DNA from: Nostoc sp. DedSLP01
GTDB taxonomy: Bacteria; Cyanobacteriota; Cyanobacteriia; Cyanobacteriales; Nostocaceae
NCBI GenBank assembly: GCA_034530875.2
Contig: JAVRCJ020000003.1
Coordinates: 320,001 to 384,000 of the forward strand
Length of the DNA: 64,000 bases
Reading direction: 5' to 3'
Shown here piece by piece: positions 59,922-64,000 of this stretch. Numbering within the stretch: the stretch's first letter is position 1; the number at the start of each line of letters is the position of its first letter. The position numbers and the translations under genes are program-made. The notes below the pieces were generated by a model. The model was not told where the DNA came from. It saw only the letters and a program-made list of their open reading frames with translations, and made no database searches.

Positions 59922-60150
59922 GGAACTATTGAGAGCAGGGGGGAAGAAATAGTCGTATTGGGTCTGGAGATTGGGATAAGTTGTTTTTTGGAGTTCCTTA
60001 AGAGTTTAGCTGGCGTACTTTCCACGATTAAGCCAATACATCAATACAGTTTAGATCGGCGTGTTTTTTCTGGTTTCCTTATGTTCGCAGAGAAACTTTC
60101 TTAACTGAACTGTATTGACCTATACATAATATTAGTGGAATTAAACGCCT

Positions 60151-61551
60151 ATGACTGGCACGAGCAATAAGAACAGTTTGCTAGAAGCGGAAGCTTGGAA
60201 ATTTCTGGAAAAGTCGATAATTTATTATCAAGGAAAACCCATCGGTACTGTAGCTGCTTGCGATCCCAAGTTAGATGCACTCAATTATGACCAGTGTTTT
60301 CTTCGGGATTTTGTGCCTTCGGCTTTGGTGTTTCTGATGTATGGCAAAGCAGATATTGTCCGCAACTTCTTAATAGAAACGCTGAAATTACAAAGCCATG
60401 AAAAACAAATGGACTGCTTTGAACCGGGTGCGGGGTTAATGCCTGCTAGTTTCAAAGTACAATATATTGGCAGTGAGGAATTTTTGATTGCTGATTTTGG
60501 CGAACAAGCGATCGCTCGCGTTCCTCCAGTTGATTCTTGTATGTGGTGGATTCTCTTGCTACGCGCTTATGAAAAAGCTACAGGCGATTTAACTCTAGCG
60601 CGTCAGCCAGATTTTCAAGCCGGAATTAAGTTAATTTTAGACCTTTGTTTGGTACATCGCTTTTCCATGTACCCAACAATGTTAGTTCCCGATGGCGCAT
60701 TTATGATTGACCGTCGGCTGGGAGTTTACGAACATCCTTTAGAAATTCAAGTCTTATTTTATGCGTCCTTGAGAGCAGCTTGTGAATTACTTTTACCAGA
60801 TGGCAATGGTGATTATCTGGGTAAAGTTAATCGCAGATTGGGAGCTTTAAAATATCATATCCGCAATTATTACTGGCTAGACGTACAACGATTGCGAGAA
60901 ATTTATCGTTACAAAGGTAACGAATTTGGTAAAGAAATTGCAAATAAATTCAACATCCAATCAGAATCTATCCCTAGTTGGTTGACTGAATGGTTACCCG
61001 AAACTGGAGGATATTTAGCTGGGAATTTGGGGCCGGGACGGATGGATTTTCGCTTTTTTACTTTGGGAAATCTGATGGCAATCTTAGCTTCCTTAGCAAG
61101 CGAAAAAGAATCTCAAAGTATCATGAATTTGTTTGCCCAACGCTGGCAAGACTTGATTGGCTATATGCCTGTTAAAATCTGCTTTCCAGCTTTGCAAGGT
61201 TTAGAGTGGAGAATTGTTACAGGATGCGACTCTAAAAACATTGCTTGGTCTTATCACAACGGTGGAAACTGGCCTGTTTTATTGTGGATATTTACTGCTG
61301 CGGCACAGAAAATAGGTAGGATAGAACTTGCCCAAGAAGCGATCGCCATTGCTGAAAATCGTTTATTTGAAGATGAATTTCCCGAATACTACGATGGCAA
61401 CAACGGTCGTTTAATTGGCAAAGAAGCCAGAATTTATCAAACTTGGAGCATTGCCGGCTTACTAGCAGCAAAAAAGTTCCTAGCAAATCCAGATTATTTG
61501 GAATTAATCAGTTTTCCAGAGGGTCTTGAAGGGCCTGGCTGTAGTATTTAA
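60151..61551 (+). CDS. Alkaline/neutral invertase (GH100)
   Basis: [53 protein letters not shown]. Confidence 0.95.
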   Translation: MTGTSNKNSLLEAEAWKFLEKSIIYYQGKPIGTVAACDPKLDALNYDQCFLRDFVPSALVFLMYGKADIVRNFLIETLKLQSHEKQMDCFEPGAGLMPASFKVQYIGSEEFLIADFGEQAIARVPPVDSCMWWILLLRAYEKATGDLTLARQPDFQAGIKLILDLCLVHRFSMYPTMLVPDGAFMIDRRLGVYEHPLEIQVLFYASLRAACELLLPDGNGDYLGKVNRRLGALKYHIRNYYWLDVQRLREIYRYKGNEFGKEIANKFNIQSESIPSWLTEWLPETGGYLAGNLGPGRMDFRFFTLGNLMAILASLASEKESQSIMNLFAQRWQDLIGYMPVKICFPALQGLEWRIVTGCDSKNIAWSYHNGGNWPVLLWIFTAAAQKIGRIELAQEAIAIAENRLFEDEFPEYYDGNNGRLIGKEARIYQTWSIAGLLAAKKFLANPDYLELISFPEGLEGPGCSI

Positions 61552-61846
61552 CGAAGGCAGGAGGCAGAAGGCAGAAGGCCGTTTTTGTAACGAGGATTTA
61601 TACGCCATTCCAAAAACTTTTCGCCTTAAAAGACTGTCTTTGTAGCGGTACGAAGTCCGGTCGATTGTTTCGATAACCATAGCCCTCATGTAGAGACGCG
61701 ATTTATCGCGTCTAAAAGACAGGTTTCATATATTTAAACCACAATACCTGGTAGGGGCTTTATAGCTGTTCATTAGTGTCAACTTAAGCTCAAACTCCTG
61801 CCCCACAATCGTTTTACCCCACCCCCAACCCCTCCCCTTGGCAAGG

Positions 61847-62026
61847 CTACGGTGTACACACAAGTTATCGAATCACCACCAGTCCTCGAATTACCCCACC
61901 CTAACCCTCCCCTTAGAAAGGGGAGGGGGAGGGAACTGGATCTCTTTTTCCCCCCTTAACAAGGGGGGATTAAGGGGGGTAAAGTCCGGAATTCACAAGC
62001 AACTCCGACTTGTGTGTACACCGTAG
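61847..62026. mobile_element. 180-bp MITE with perfect 19-bp TIRs and 11-bp target duplication
   Basis: CTACGGTGTACACACAAGT / ACTTGTGTGTACACCGTAG flanked by CCTTGGCAAGG at 61836-61846 and 62027-62037. Confidence 0.9.
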
Positions 62027-62515
62027 CCTTGGCAAGGATAGGGGCGGTTTTGGCTTTAGACAAAACCGGGGTGGGGTAACGCGGATCGTGATGGTAAGTC
62101 AACTTAACGCAAAAGGGGCGGTTAGAAACCGCGTCTACACAAACAAAACCCACCTGCGTGGGTTTCAAAACCTTAATTTTCCCTTAGTCCGCGCACCATC
62201 CGGACTTTGCCTGTGTAGCGCGCGAATTCTATTCGCCGCGGCTTAAGTTGAGTGTAAACAGACAAGGGGGAAATCGCGTCTTCACCAAAGAATATGTAGC
62301 GATCGCTAATTGAATTAATACAAGTATTCCTAATTTTAACAAGCTTCGTAATCATATACTGACTACACGCGATTACTGATGGTGAAAACTCGGTTTATCA
62401 AGAAATGTTGATACAATTAAGCCGCTTTTGGTTAACAATTTATTCTTAAAAGAAGAAACTAACTTTTCGCATCCATAACTCGACTCTCATAGCGAAGTTC
62501 AGGAAATTTGGATAA

Positions 62516-64000
62516 ATGAACAATGATTTCTCCAACTCCCGCTACAGTAAGAATCCTATTGTTCGGGTAATCCATACAGCTGTCAAAGGAAGAGCTAGGT
62601 ATAAGGTTGAGAAACTCCATCATTCGCAGCCACTCAAACAATACATTGAGTTAAGACTCAACAATGAAGCAGGTATTCGGGATGTCTTTGCTAATCCGCT
62701 GACAGGAAGCGTACTGGTAACTTTTCAACAAAACTTTAACCCAAAAGCGATCGCCTCGCTCATTCAAAAAATTGTCTTAGATTTCCAAGGCAAGGCTACA
62801 ACATCTTTAGCTCGGGCATCTGTTAACGGTCGAGTTAAGCATAAAACTCAACATTTATCCTCTGTTTCAAAAACAAAGGACTTGCCAAACAAAATCGGTA
62901 AGCTGCCTACATCAGGCCAAAAGCAACAAATTTTACCCTGGCATATCTTAAAAGTAGATACAGCGATCGCTGATTTACACACATCAGCAACATCAGGATT
63001 ATCTACTAATACTGCTACATCGCAGTTGCAAAAATATGGAGCAAATGTCCTAGCGGAATCTGAAACTCGCTCGAAACTGAGTATTTTTCTTGACCAATTT
63101 AAATCTTTACCAGTAGCATTACTGGGACTAGCGGCAGGGCTTTCGGTAGCCACTGGTGGGGTAGCTGATGCTTTTGTAATTATGGGCGTTGTAGTCATTA
63201 ATGCTGTTATTGGCTACGCTACAGAAAACCAGTCAGAAAAGATTATTAACTCCCTCAAGCATCTGGTCAAACCATCTGCTGTGGTAATTAGAGATGGAAT
63301 TTCTCAAGAAATTAGCGCTACCGAGATTGTCTTGGGAGATATTCTAGTCCTTAGACCTGGTAGTTATGTCGCGGCTGATGCGAGATTGATTGAAGCCAAT
63401 CGTTTGAGCGTTGATGAATCTGCATTGACGGGTGAGAGTCTGCCTGTTGCTAAAAATATCGAACCGCTTACCAAACAGGATATACCCCTTGGCGATCGCG
63501 CGAACATGGTTTACATGGGGACTTTAGTTACTGGCGGTCAAGGTTTGGCTGTAGTTGTGGCTACAGGTCAATTTACCGAAATGGGCAGAATTCACACTTT
63601 GGTTGCTGAGAGCGAAACGCCAGAAACGCCCATGCAGAAACAACTCGACCAAGCAGGTAGTCAACTTGTCTTAATATCGGGGGCTGTGTGCGCGCTGGTC
63701 TTTGGTATCGGTTTATGGCGGGGATACGGTCTGATTCAAATGTTGAAATCATCTATATCCTTGGCGGTGGCTGCGGTTCCAGAAGGTTTACCAACTATTG
63801 CAACTACAACTCTGGCATTGGGAATTGCCAATATGCGACGGCATAACGTCCTCATCCGCCGTTTGGATGCTGTGGAAACCTTGGGTTCGGTACAGACAAT
63901 TTGCTTGGATAAAACAGGGACGCTCACAGAAAATAAAATGTCTGTGGTTGAAGTATATACAGATAACAAATCCATCCAAGTGTCATCTGACGGCAAATTT
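62516..64000 (+). CDS. P-type cation (P2, Ca2+-like) ATPase, 3'-partial; absent from the ORF track
   Basis: Frame from ATG 62516 contains VDESALTGES, AVAAVPEGL and ICLDKTGTLTEN (D at 63908). Confidence 0.92.
   Translation, partial: MNNDFSNSRYSKNPIVRVIHTAVKGRARYKVEKLHHSQPLKQYIELRLNNEAGIRDVFANPLTGSVLVTFQQNFNPKAIASLIQKIVLDFQGKATTSLARASVNGRVKHKTQHLSSVSKTKDLPNKIGKLPTSGQKQQILPWHILKVDTAIADLHTSATSGLSTNTATSQLQKYGANVLAESETRSKLSIFLDQFKSLPVALLGLAAGLSVATGGVADAFVIMGVVVINAVIGYATENQSEKIINSLKHLVKPSAVVIRDGISQEISATEIVLGDILVLRPGSYVAADARLIEANRLSVDESALTGESLPVAKNIEPLTKQDIPLGDRANMVYMGTLVTGGQGLAVVVATGQFTEMGRIHTLVAESETPETPMQKQLDQAGSQLVLISGAVCALVFGIGLWRGYGLIQMLKSSISLAVAAVPEGLPTIATTTLALGIANMRRHNVLIRRLDAVETLGSVQTICLDKTGTLTENKMSVVEVYTDNKSIQVSSDGKF

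Noticed and set aside
58560..62250. CRISPR-like recurring palindromes
   Set aside because: No constant repeat with unique, regularly sized spacers and no cas genes; these are MITE/REP-type repeats.
61838..62355. Short ORFs at 61838-62355 and 58633-58818
   Set aside because: Chance frames across MITE sequence; no transposase motifs.
62848..63996. Minus-strand ORFs near the right edge
   Set aside because: Antisense to the P-type ATPase, which has all expected motifs on the plus strand.

Overview
Chromosomal region of a filamentous, probably heterocyst-forming cyanobacterium (Nostocales-like). Evidence: very frequent HIP1 octamers GCGATCGC, STRR-type 7-8 nt tandem repeats, xisH/xisI, pcxA and a GH100 invertase. 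Most genes are ordinary (pstS-like, mltA, pcxA, msrA, iscS-like, two-component pair, aroF, RND pump, menH, glucose dehydrogenase, invertase, a P-type ATPase running off the right edge). Accessory blocks are a VirB2/VirB3/VirB4-like cluster at the left edge, an MBOAT+SGNH pair, a C-R-M restriction-modification locus, and an AT-rich, HIP1-poor island (multi-GAF kinase, receiver, subtilase, small membrane protein, CHAT protease) next to an IS630 remnant. The best unannotated signal is at 47325-47673, upstream of a short DAHP synthase (aroF). Two tandem leader peptides there (MLNTNSYFYFWYRAVHRE and MTTYFASWFYGFYFWPRVSSG) are packed with Tyr/Phe/Trp codons, and each is coupled to mutually exclusive antiterminator/terminator hairpins. 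This looks like a double ribosome-dependent attenuator sensing all three aromatic amino acids. No rRNA, tRNA or CRISPR array was recognised. All family assignments come from motif recognition by eye; no database searches were run.
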